The notes under the pieces are model-generated. The model searched no databases, was not told the origin of the DNA, and saw only the letters and a list, made by a program, of their open reading frames with translations. A DNA stretch of 62,094 nucleotides, counting the filler, from Anaerolineae bacterium (GTDB taxonomy: Bacteria > Chloroflexota > Anaerolineae > Epilineales > Epilineaceae): the NCBI GenBank assembly GCA_029262755.1. It is 6 parts of 6 records of this genome, joined end to end, with 100 filler letters (N's around TTAATTAATTAA, not from the genome) between each part and the next. Parts side by side here need not be neighbours in the genome. Positions count along the whole stretch, not along the records: positions 49,846 to 58,905 come from JAJCYU010000261.1; positions 59,006 to 62,094 come from JAJCYU010000276.1; 4 more parts are not named here. The stretch is one strand, 5' to 3'. How positions within the stretch are numbered: the first letter of the stretch is position 1; each line of letters begins with the position of its first letter. Both the position numbers and the translations under genes were made by a program. Shown one piece after another: positions 51,998-60,511 of this stretch.

Positions 51998-52402
51998 GGT
52001 ATTCGTCCTGGAATGCGGAACGCGGTCGGGTACTCGAGGGGGGGACCGCGATCGATGTTGGGAAGCAGGGGAAGGAATCCTGTGCCCTGCATGGTAGGTC
52101 GGCAAGCCTAGCCCCGCCGCGTGAACAGCGCGTGAGCGGAAGCGGAGCGTCGGCTTCGTCGCCCGGACGCCGCGTACCCGAATATCGTACTGCACAAATG
52201 GACTCCATAATTAGCACGCAGGGCTTACCCTGCGCACGGTCCATCGTGTAGGGTTGCACATTCTTGACCGGTCGTCGCACCCGTTTGGGGTCGGCACCGT
52301 GGAACCGCTCCGTGCGGCGTGACGTTAGATGCCATCCACCGGCTGAAAATCCGGTGTTGTTGCGCTGGTCACTGCCCCGAGCGTCCGTAAGGAGTTCCCC
52401 CC

Positions 52403-55400
52403 ATGAACACACGAGACTACGTTTTCTATCCCTGGACCCGCCTCGCCGCCACGATTCTCGTGCTCGTCGGGTTGGCCGCCTGTCAGAGCGGGGAGACACC
52501 CATGCCCGATTCGCCCACGCCGCCGCCATCGCATCTGGGCGATCCCGGCGCGGGCGCGGGCGGTGGACGGCCGCTTCTGGAGCCCGAGCCGACGCCCGGC
52601 GTTCGCTTCCGCCTCGGGAACGCAGACGCCTCTTCGCCGGACGGCTTGCCTTCCGTGCGCAACGTCACCGGCGAGCCCTTGGACGATGAAGCGCTCGCCG
52701 CACTGCTCGCACGGTTGCCCGATCTACCCGAGACGGCCGCGGATGCGCGACCGAGCGCGCTGCGCGAAGGCCCGCGGCCGCCCGCCATCGCGGGCGACAC
52801 CTTGCGCGTCGCGTTCCCGCCGCCCGCGGCGCCGGCGTCCGCCGCACCCGACGCCGATGCTTCCGCCCCGTCCGTCCTGCGTGTCCAGCCGGAAGGCGAA
52901 GTCGGGTTGGCCTCGCACTTGGCGGTGACGTTCTCCGCACCGATGGTGCCGCTGGCAGCACTCTCCGAGATCGATGAAGAGAACGTGCCGGTCACGTTGT
53001 CCCCGGAGCCGCCTGGGCGATGGCGCTGGGTTGGCTCCCGAACCTTGCTCTACGAGCCCGAGACTCGGTTTCCCATGGCCACGGATTTCTCCGCTGTCGT
53101 GGCCGATGGCGCGAAGACCGCTGACGGTCGCGTGTTGGCCGCCGGCCGTAGCTGGACCTTCCGCACGCCCCCGCCACGCGTAATCCAGGTGTCCGGCCAG
53201 CATGCACCGATCACCCGTGAACCTGTGATCGTCCTCGCCTTCGATCAGCAGATCGACCCGACGGCGGCCATCGCCGCCATCCAGGCTACCGCGGACGGCG
53301 TGGTGGTTCCGCTGCGCCTGGCCACGAGCGAAGAGTTGGACGCGGACACCGAGGCGGACCTGGCCGTACGCCGCGCCCAAGACGGCCGATGGCTTGCCCT
53401 GCGCCCCGAGTCCACGTTGCCCCTCGGCGCCAAGCTTGTCCTACGCGTCGGACCCGGCCTGCCCTCCGCGGAAGGACCGCTTGTTTCGGAAGAAGAGCAG
53501 ACTTTCGAATTCGAGGTCTATCGTGCTCTGCAGGTCAGCGAGATCGACTGTGACAAGGAGAAGTATGACGATCCGGTCACGCTGCGCGCCGGCGCGGACG
53601 ATGCCCGCACGCGCGGATGTCTGCCGTTCGCGGGTTTGCGCATCCGGTTCAACAACCCCTTGCGGCCCGAATCCTTCGACGCGTCTTCCATCCAGGTCGA
53701 GCCGCCCGTACCGGGGCTGCAGACCGATATCAATGGCAGCTCGATCGTCCTACGGGGCGCGACCGCCGGCCAGACGCGCTATGTCGTGACGCTACCGCCC
53801 GAGATCGGCGACGTGTTCGGCCAGACCCTCGGTCGCACCATGCGCTTGACCTTCGAAACCGGGGATGCGCCGCCCGCCCTCTTCTCCCCTGGCGACGACA
53901 TGATCGTGCTCGATCCCGAGGGCCCGCGCGCGATGACCGTGTCTTCCATCAACAACAAGGCGCTCGACGTACGCATCTACCAGGTCGAGCCCGGGGACTG
54001 GCCCGCCTATCTGCGTTTTTCGCGCTCCTACTTCAATGAGCGCACCGCGGATCGCGAACCGCCCCCGGGTCGCGAAGTATCACAGGAACGCGTCGCGCCG
54101 GAGGGCGATCGCGACGCGATTGCGAGGGTGCCGATTTCGTTGGACGAAGCGCTAAACGACGAAGGCCACGGTCACGCCGTGGTGGTGGTCGAGGTGGCCG
54201 GCTGGGCGGCCGACGAGAGCTATCTCAACCGCCCGGTAGTCCGCTGGGTGCAGTCTACCCGCCTTGCGGTGGACGCCTTCGCCGACGGACGAGAGATCCT
54301 GGCTTGGGTTACGGACCTGCGCGACGGGACATCGGTGGACGGAGCCACGATCCGCGTCCTGGACGGCGCGAACGCGTTGGTCGAGGGCAGCAGCGGCAGC
54401 GACGGCCTGGCGCGGCTCGCGACCTTGCCGGTGTCGCAACAACGTGCCCTGGAGCGCAGTGAGGCGATCATGGTGGCCGGCGCGGGGGCCGATAGCGCCT
54501 TCCTGCGCGTCGATCCGTGGTTCCTCTCCGAACGCGAGCCGACCAACTCATTGCGCTGGCACGTCTTCGACGACCGAGGCCTCTATCGCCCGGGCGAGAC
54601 GAGCACGATCCACGGCTACCTGCGACGCTATGGGACAGGGCCGGAGGGCGATCTCGAGCGGCTGCCCGACGGTCTTGGCGATGTCGACTGGACGCTGATG
54701 TCCGCCAACGGTGAAGAGGTCGAGAGCGGCACCTGGGCCATCGACGAATTCGGTTCCTTCGGCGGCGCGATTTCCATGCCCGCCGATATCACGGTCGGCA
54801 TGGCCGTCCTGCGGCTCGCGTTGCCGAGCGGTGCCGGCTTCGAAGGCGATGGCTACGGCCATCCCTTGCGGGTTGCGGAGTTCCGCCGCCCCGAATTCGA
54901 GGTCAGCGTCGAGGCCGAGCAGGCCGAGGTCGTGCTCGGCGGCACAGGGGTGTTCGAGGCCTCGGCCTCCTACTTCGCGGGCGGCGCGCTGCCGGGCGCC
55001 GACGTGCGCTGGACGGTGAGCGGATCGCCCACGAACTACAGCCCGCCCGGTTGGCAGGACTTCACCTTCGGCACTTGGACGCCCTGGTGGTTCGACGCCT
55101 GGGGCGGTGGTGGACGCGGCGCGGAGCGCCTGGCGTTCGCCTCCGAGTCGGGCGGCTTCGGCGATCCATTCGGCCGCGGCTCCTTCGAGAGCTGGGAAGC
55201 GCGTACGGACGCTTCGGGCGCACATCGGCTCTCCGTGGAGTTCGCGGGCATCTTCCCGCTGTCGGCGGCGCGCTTCGAAGCCGAGGCCAACGTCGAGGAC
55301 GTCAACCGTCAGACCATCAGCGCGCGCGACACCTTGTTGGCACACCCAGCCGAGCACTACGTCGGCCTGCGCGCCGACGGCTGGTTCGTCGAAGCAGGCA

Positions 55401-58400
55401 CGGAATGGTCCGTCGACGCCGTGGTAGCCGACATCGAGGGCAACGCCGTCACCGGCAGCGTGATCGAGATGCGCGCGGAACGCCTGGCCGGCCGCTGGGA
55501 GGGCGACACCTGGCGCGAAGAGGCCATACCGGCCGGCGCGTGCGGCGAGGTCTCCGATGAGGGGCCGATCCGCTGTTCCTTCTCCTTCACCGACGGCGGC
55601 CGCTATCGGGTCAGCGCGTCCATCATCGACGATGGCGGTCGCCCCAACCGCAGCGAACTGACCGTCTGGGTGCCCGGAGGACCGGCGGCACCCGGCGATG
55701 CGCGGATCGAGCAGCAGCAGGTGGAGCTGATCCCGGAGGCCGAGGACTACGAGCCCGGCGATACCGCCCGCGTGCTGCTTCGCGCGCCCTTCGCCCCGGC
55801 CGAGGCCCTCGTGACGTGGCGCCGCGACGGGCTGCTCGAAACGGAGCGCATCCGTTTGAGCGAGCCGTCGACGATTCTGGAAGTGCCCATCGAGGACGCC
55901 CATGTTCCGGGGCTCACGTTGGCGGTCGATCTGGTCGGCCGTGCCCCGCGCGATCTACCGGGCGGCGCCGACACCACGGACGACGCCTCCTCCGGCTCGA
56001 TCGCCGGCCGTCCCGCCTTTGCGCACGGCGAGCTCCGCCTGTCCGTGCCGCCGCGCAGCCGCACGCTACGGGTCGCGGCCGCGCCCTCGTCGTCCTCGCT
56101 CCGCCCTGGCAGCTCCGTCTCCGTGACCCTCACGGTGAGCGACGCCACCGGCGCCGCCCTACCGAATGCGCAGATCGCGCTCATCGTCGTCGACGAATCC
56201 GTGCTCTCGCTGACGGGCCACCGCATCGAGAGCCCCATCGACTCCTTTTACGGCGAACGCGGACCCGGCGTGGAAGACCGCCTGTTCCGCTATCCGGTCC
56301 AGCTGGCCGATCCTGCCACGCTGATGGCCGCGCTCGGGGATGAGATGGTCGTTTCCGAGGCCTTCGGTCTCGATATGGCGGAATCGGGCACGGTGATGAA
56401 CGAGATGGCGGCCATGGACGCGGAGGGAGACGCGGCGGCCCCGATGATGCGCTCGGCAGCCCAAGCGGCTTACGGCGGCGGCGGTGACGACGGCGCGGAC
56501 GCGGGAGCCGTCGTCAGCGAACGCGTCGACCTCAACCCGCTCGCGGCCTTCGTGCCCGATCTCGTAACCGGGGAGGACGGCACGGTCACGGCCACGATCG
56601 ACCTGCCGGACAACGTGACGCGCTACCGGATCACCGCGGTCGCCACAGACGGCGGCCGCCGGTTCGGCCTGGCCGAGGCCGGGATCGTGGCGGAGCTGCC
56701 GCTGGTCGTGCGCCCCTCAGCGCCACGCTTCCTGAACTTCGGCGACAGCTTTGAGCTGCCGATCGTGGTGCAGAGCCGGGCCGAAGAGGATCGTACGGTG
56801 GACGTCATCGTGCGCACCGCCAACCTGACGCTCACCGAATCGGCAGGCTACCGCATCACAGTTCCCGCAGGCGACCGCGTCGAGCTGCGCGTGCCGGCGG
56901 CGACGATCCTACCCGGCACTGCCGCGTTCCAGGCCGCCGCCTTCGACACGGAGGACCCAAGTCGCGCCGATCTGCAGCGCGTGACGCTGCCGGTATGGAC
57001 GCCGGCCACCAACGAGGCCTTCGCCACCTACGGCACGCTCGATGAGGGCGCCACGCTGCAGCCGGTGCGCGCCCCCGAGGACGTCGTTCCCGGCTTCGGC
57101 GGACTCGAGATCACGACGAGCTCGACAGCCCTTGCCGAACTCTCCGACGCCTTCTTGTACCTCAACAGCTATCCCTTCGAAGGGGCAGAGCAGCTCGCCT
57201 CCCGTCTGTTGGCCAACGTCGCGTTGCGCGACGCCGTGGCCGCGTTCGGCGGTGAGGACGTGCCCACCGAGGCGGAGGTCGACGCGGCGATCGACGCCGA
57301 CATCGAGCGCCTCATCGGCCTCCAGCAGCGCGATGGCGGCTGGTCGTTCTGGAGCCGCAACCAAGACACGCACCCCTGGGCCACGCTGCATGCCACCCAC
57401 GCGCTGGTGCGCGCCGGCCTCAAGGGCTACGGGGTCGAGAGCTCGAGTCTCACCATCGCTCTGGACTACCTGCGTTCCATCGAGGACCACATCCGGCGTC
57501 AACGCAGCCCGTGGCCACCCGAAGCGCGGCGCACCGCGGAGGCGCAGGCGCTCTACGTGCGTGCGGTCGCATCCGCGGACGATGTGGACGCAGCGCGCGC
57601 GACGACGCTGTTCGACGAGGCCGAGGACGACGAGCCGATCGAGGTGCTCGGCTGGTTGCTCGGCACGATCGCGCGTGCCCCGGTGCTGGAGCGCGACGGC
57701 GAGGCCGCGCGCGATGACATCCTGCGCCGGCTCAACAACCGCGTGACCGAAACGGCCTCCACCGCGCAGTTCGCCACGTCCTACAGCGAAGAGGCCGGCG
57801 CCCTCATCTTGGCCGGCGACCGCCGCGCGGACGCGGTCGTGCTCGACGCGCTGATCGCGGTCCAACCCGAGAACGATCTCGTGCCCAAACTCGTGCGCGG
57901 ACTGCTCGACGGCCGGCGCGCGGGCCGCTGGGGATCCACGCAGGACAATGCGTGGGTGTTGCTGGCCATGGACGCCTACTTCCGGACATTTGAAGGTGTA
58001 GCGCCGGACTTCGTGGCCCGTGCATGGCTCGGCGATCGCTTCGCGGGCGAGGCCCCCTTCGCCGGCCGCAGCCCGGACCGCCAACGCATCGACGTGCCGC
58101 TCGACGAGCTGCCTTCGGGTGAGACGGATCTCGTCGTGTCCAAGGAGGGCGAGGGCCGGCTCTACTACCGGCTCGGCCTCCGCTACGCGCCCGCCGACCT
58201 GAGCCTCCCGCCCGAGGAGCGCGGCTTCTCCGTCGAGCGGTCCTACGCGGCCATCGACGATTCCGGCGACGTGCGCCGAACGGTCGACGGCACATGGGAG
58301 ATCAAGGCGGGTGCGCGGGTGCGTGTGCGCCTGACGCTGGTCGCTCCCGCGCGGCGCTACCACGTTGCCTTGGTCGATCCGCTGCCGGCCGGCTTGGAAG

Positions 58401-58747
58401 CGCTGAACCCCGACCTCACCACGAGCGAGCAAGCCCCGCCTGGGATGACGGACGAGGAGATCGAGCTCGAGAACGAGGACGGTTCGCCGATGTCGGAGCT
58501 GGAGCGCGTTAGCAGCATGTCGACGTGGTGGAACGGACGCTGGTACAACCACGAGGGCTTCCGCGACGACCGCGTCGAGATCTTCGCCGACCGGCTCGAG
58601 GGAGGCGTGTGGCGCTACGACTACGTGGCCCGCGCGACGACCCCGGGTGTGTTCAACGTCCCGCCGACGAAGGCCGAGGAGCTGTATCACCCGGAAACAT
58701 TTGGCCGGACCGCAACCGAGCTGGTTCGGATCATGGCCGGGGAGTAG
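52403..58747 (+). CDS. Alpha-2-macroglobulin-family lipoprotein
   Basis: Lipobox LAAC, Ig-like N-domains, DRGLYRPGE, EFRRPEF, VVDESVLSLTG, LPDNVTRYR, PRFLNFGD, W.STQDN, DPLPAGLE, A.ELY.PE.FGR. Confidence 0.93.
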   Translation: MNTRDYVFYPWTRLAATILVLVGLAACQSGETPMPDSPTPPPSHLGDPGAGAGGGRPLLEPEPTPGVRFRLGNADASSPDGLPSVRNVTGEPLDDEALAALLARLPDLPETAADARPSALREGPRPPAIAGDTLRVAFPPPAAPASAAPDADASAPSVLRVQPEGEVGLASHLAVTFSAPMVPLAALSEIDEENVPVTLSPEPPGRWRWVGSRTLLYEPETRFPMATDFSAVVADGAKTADGRVLAAGRSWTFRTPPPRVIQVSGQHAPITREPVIVLAFDQQIDPTAAIAAIQATADGVVVPLRLATSEELDADTEADLAVRRAQDGRWLALRPESTLPLGAKLVLRVGPGLPSAEGPLVSEEEQTFEFEVYRALQVSEIDCDKEKYDDPVTLRAGADDARTRGCLPFAGLRIRFNNPLRPESFDASSIQVEPPVPGLQTDINGSSIVLRGATAGQTRYVVTLPPEIGDVFGQTLGRTMRLTFETGDAPPALFSPGDDMIVLDPEGPRAMTVSSINNKALDVRIYQVEPGDWPAYLRFSRSYFNERTADREPPPGREVSQERVAPEGDRDAIARVPISLDEALNDEGHGHAVVVVEVAGWAADESYLNRPVVRWVQSTRLAVDAFADGREILAWVTDLRDGTSVDGATIRVLDGANALVEGSSGSDGLARLATLPVSQQRALERSEAIMVAGAGADSAFLRVDPWFLSEREPTNSLRWHVFDDRGLYRPGETSTIHGYLRRYGTGPEGDLERLPDGLGDVDWTLMSANGEEVESGTWAIDEFGSFGGAISMPADITVGMAVLRLALPSGAGFEGDGYGHPLRVAEFRRPEFEVSVEAEQAEVVLGGTGVFEASASYFAGGALPGADVRWTVSGSPTNYSPPGWQDFTFGTWTPWWFDAWGGGGRGAERLAFASESGGFGDPFGRGSFESWEARTDASGAHRLSVEFAGIFPLSAARFEAEANVEDVNRQTISARDTLLAHPAEHYVGLRADGWFVEAGTEWSVDAVVADIEGNAVTGSVIEMRAERLAGRWEGDTWREEAIPAGACGEVSDEGPIRCSFSFTDGGRYRVSASIIDDGGRPNRSELTVWVPGGPAAPGDARIEQQQVELIPEAEDYEPGDTARVLLRAPFAPAEALVTWRRDGLLETERIRLSEPSTILEVPIEDAHVPGLTLAVDLVGRAPRDLPGGADTTDDASSGSIAGRPAFAHGELRLSVPPRSRTLRVAAAPSSSSLRPGSSVSVTLTVSDATGAALPNAQIALIVVDESVLSLTGHRIESPIDSFYGERGPGVEDRLFRYPVQLADPATLMAALGDEMVVSEAFGLDMAESGTVMNEMAAMDAEGDAAAPMMRSAAQAAYGGGGDDGADAGAVVSERVDLNPLAAFVPDLVTGEDGTVTATIDLPDNVTRYRITAVATDGGRRFGLAEAGIVAELPLVVRPSAPRFLNFGDSFELPIVVQSRAEEDRTVDVIVRTANLTLTESAGYRITVPAGDRVELRVPAATILPGTAAFQAAAFDTEDPSRADLQRVTLPVWTPATNEAFATYGTLDEGATLQPVRAPEDVVPGFGGLEITTSSTALAELSDAFLYLNSYPFEGAEQLASRLLANVALRDAVAAFGGEDVPTEAEVDAAIDADIERLIGLQQRDGGWSFWSRNQDTHPWATLHATHALVRAGLKGYGVESSSLTIALDYLRSIEDHIRRQRSPWPPEARRTAEAQALYVRAVASADDVDAARATTLFDEAEDDEPIEVLGWLLGTIARAPVLERDGEAARDDILRRLNNRVTETASTAQFATSYSEEAGALILAGDRRADAVVLDALIAVQPENDLVPKLVRGLLDGRRAGRWGSTQDNAWVLLAMDAYFRTFEGVAPDFVARAWLGDRFAGEAPFAGRSPDRQRIDVPLDELPSGETDLVVSKEGEGRLYYRLGLRYAPADLSLPPEERGFSVERSYAAIDDSGDVRRTVDGTWEIKAGARVRVRLTLVAPARRYHVALVDPLPAGLEALNPDLTTSEQAPPGMTDEEIELENEDGSPMSELERVSSMSTWWNGRWYNHEGFRDDRVEIFADRLEGGVWRYDYVARATTPGVFNVPPTKAEELYHPETFGRTATELVRIMAGE

Positions 58748-58905
58748 CCGCCGGCCGATCGGCGCCGGCACCGGGTTGTTTGGACGCCGATTCGATGCGA
58801 CGCGTGTGCTCGCTGCATCGCGCGAAGGATTCGAGTGCATGGGCGCCGGACGATTTCGTCCGGCGCCCTTCGCATGCACAGCATGCGGAGCGAAGCCGCC
58901 TTTCT

Positions 58906-59005
58906 NNNNNNNNNNNNNNNNNNNNNNNNNNNNNNNNNNNNNNNNNNNNTTAATTAATTAANNNNNNNNNNNNNNNNNNNNNNNNNNNNNNNNNNNNNNN
59001 NNNNN
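58906..59005. other. Artificial contig spacer
   Basis: N-TTAATTAATTAA-N. Confidence 0.99.
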
Positions 59006-59247
59006 TGGATATCCAAATTCGTAACGTTTGCCATGTCTTCCATAAAGGAAGATTCTCTTTCAATAATGACTTTTGATGTGGCTAAATAGATAGGTGTAGT
59101 TCGCAATGTTTTAATACTAACGATGCTTACCACAGCCAAAAAGACAATGATAGCAACCCATTTACGTTTCCAGATGATATTAAGGTATTCAGTTAGATGT
59201 GCTTGTTGTGTAAATGGTGTTTGATCCTGTGAGAAGTTTTGATTCAT
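59006..59247 (-). CDS. N-terminus of a Wzc/GumC polysaccharide co-polymerase (3'-truncated)
   Basis: HLTEYLNIIWKRKW, TM helix, PIYLATSKVIIE: a Wzz-type N-terminus. Confidence 0.85.
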
Positions 59248-59551
59248 TTTTTATCCTGAATTATTCCTTATTTGCAAACAAACTCGAATATTGAAATACG
59301 AAACAATATTAAAATTCAAATTTTCAAAATATTATTCACTCCTAGGTAACATTGAACCAATAATGTTCATCAGAGCGCCAACCATAGCGGCTAAAATGCA
59401 TTTAAGTGATCTAAAGTTTCTTTGTTCCGATATATGAAAAATCACAAGTAATTCCCGCCTGTATGACGTAAATCTGGCAGGCATTGCCACTCCTCGTAAT
59501 CTGTTTTATCTTTTTCGTGGCCTTCGTGTTTTTCGTGGTAAATTCTTACGG

Positions 59552-60430
59552 TTAAAAAATACGTGCAGGAACCTTAATAATGTCGCCTGGTTTTACCAAA
59601 TCGTCCATGTTAACATTATATTCGTGCTCCTTTTCGTCTTTGACACGAATAACTCTTGTACGCTTCTCGGCAGCCATTTGTGTAGAACCCCCTGCAAGAG
59701 AAATTGCCTGACGAATGGTTAAGCCGTTTTCCCATTTAAATTCTCCCGGTTTTCCAACCTCACCTGTTACAAAAAAATGTGGTGCGGGTGGCGCGGGGTC
59801 AACATAAATGGAATCACCACTCTTCACGAAAAATGAATCATATGTAATATCCTCTTTGTACTTACCTAGATCTACCATAATAATTGTTTCGTTTTCTTCA
59901 TCTCTCTCTGGAGTCATAATCCCTGCGTTACGCCTAGGTGACTTAGACCGCACAATCTTAATTATTCGTTCTGCCCTGTCAGTAAGCCCACCGGCCTTCG
60001 ATATCAATTCCATAATATGTGTTTTTCTTTTTAGGACATAACTCCCGGGATTTCTCACTTCACCAAAGAGAAAAACTTTCTGGCTTTGGTATTCTATTAC
60101 ATTAACTGTTACTTGAGGCGCTATTATATAACCATCAGCCAATCTCTTTTTTATTAGGTTTTCAAGATCAAAGACCGAAAGGTGGCTTGCATGCACCTTA
60201 CCAATAAGAGGAAAAGCGAATGAACCTTCCTGTGAAACCTCTACAGTACGATTTAAATCATCATTATCCCATACCTTTATCTCAAGAATGTCCTCTGGAC
60301 CTATAGTGTATTCCTTATTAGAAAGATTCTCAGAGAAAATATTCGTTGATGAACCGCCCAAAAAGGCAATAAGACAGAAGATTAATAATGTTACCTTTAA
60401 AGAATATGAACTACCCATTTTTCTTAACAC
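59552..60430 (-). CDS. Polysaccharide export protein (Wza/Poly_export plus two SLBB domains)
   Basis: YTIGPEDILEIKVW, G...FPLIG, GEVRNPG, AGGLT, GEVGKPG, PGDIIKVP. Confidence 0.9.
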   Translation of the reverse strand: MLRKMGSSYSLKVTLLIFCLIAFLGGSSTNIFSENLSNKEYTIGPEDILEIKVWDNDDLNRTVEVSQEGSFAFPLIGKVHASHLSVFDLENLIKKRLADGYIIAPQVTVNVIEYQSQKVFLFGEVRNPGSYVLKRKTHIMELISKAGGLTDRAERIIKIVRSKSPRRNAGIMTPERDEENETIIMVDLGKYKEDITYDSFFVKSGDSIYVDPAPPAPHFFVTGEVGKPGEFKWENGLTIRQAISLAGGSTQMAAEKRTRVIRVKDEKEHEYNVNMDDLVKPGDIIKVPARIF

Positions 60431-60511
60431 CCTTTTAATAAACTACGAATTGAACTTTTTATCAAACTTCAAAATATTCTACACATTTCCAAAATTTATT
60501 ATTGGTAGAAT

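Noticed and set aside
52211..52237. CIRCE element upstream of htrA
   Set aside because: Only a left half-site (TTAGCACGC) is present; GAGTGCTAA is missing.
56909..58879. Long antisense and alternative-frame ORFs (also 9064-10566, 22581-24272, 30084-31862, 38056-39267)
   Set aside because: Shadow ORFs expected in GC-rich DNA opposite well-supported genes; they carry no motifs.
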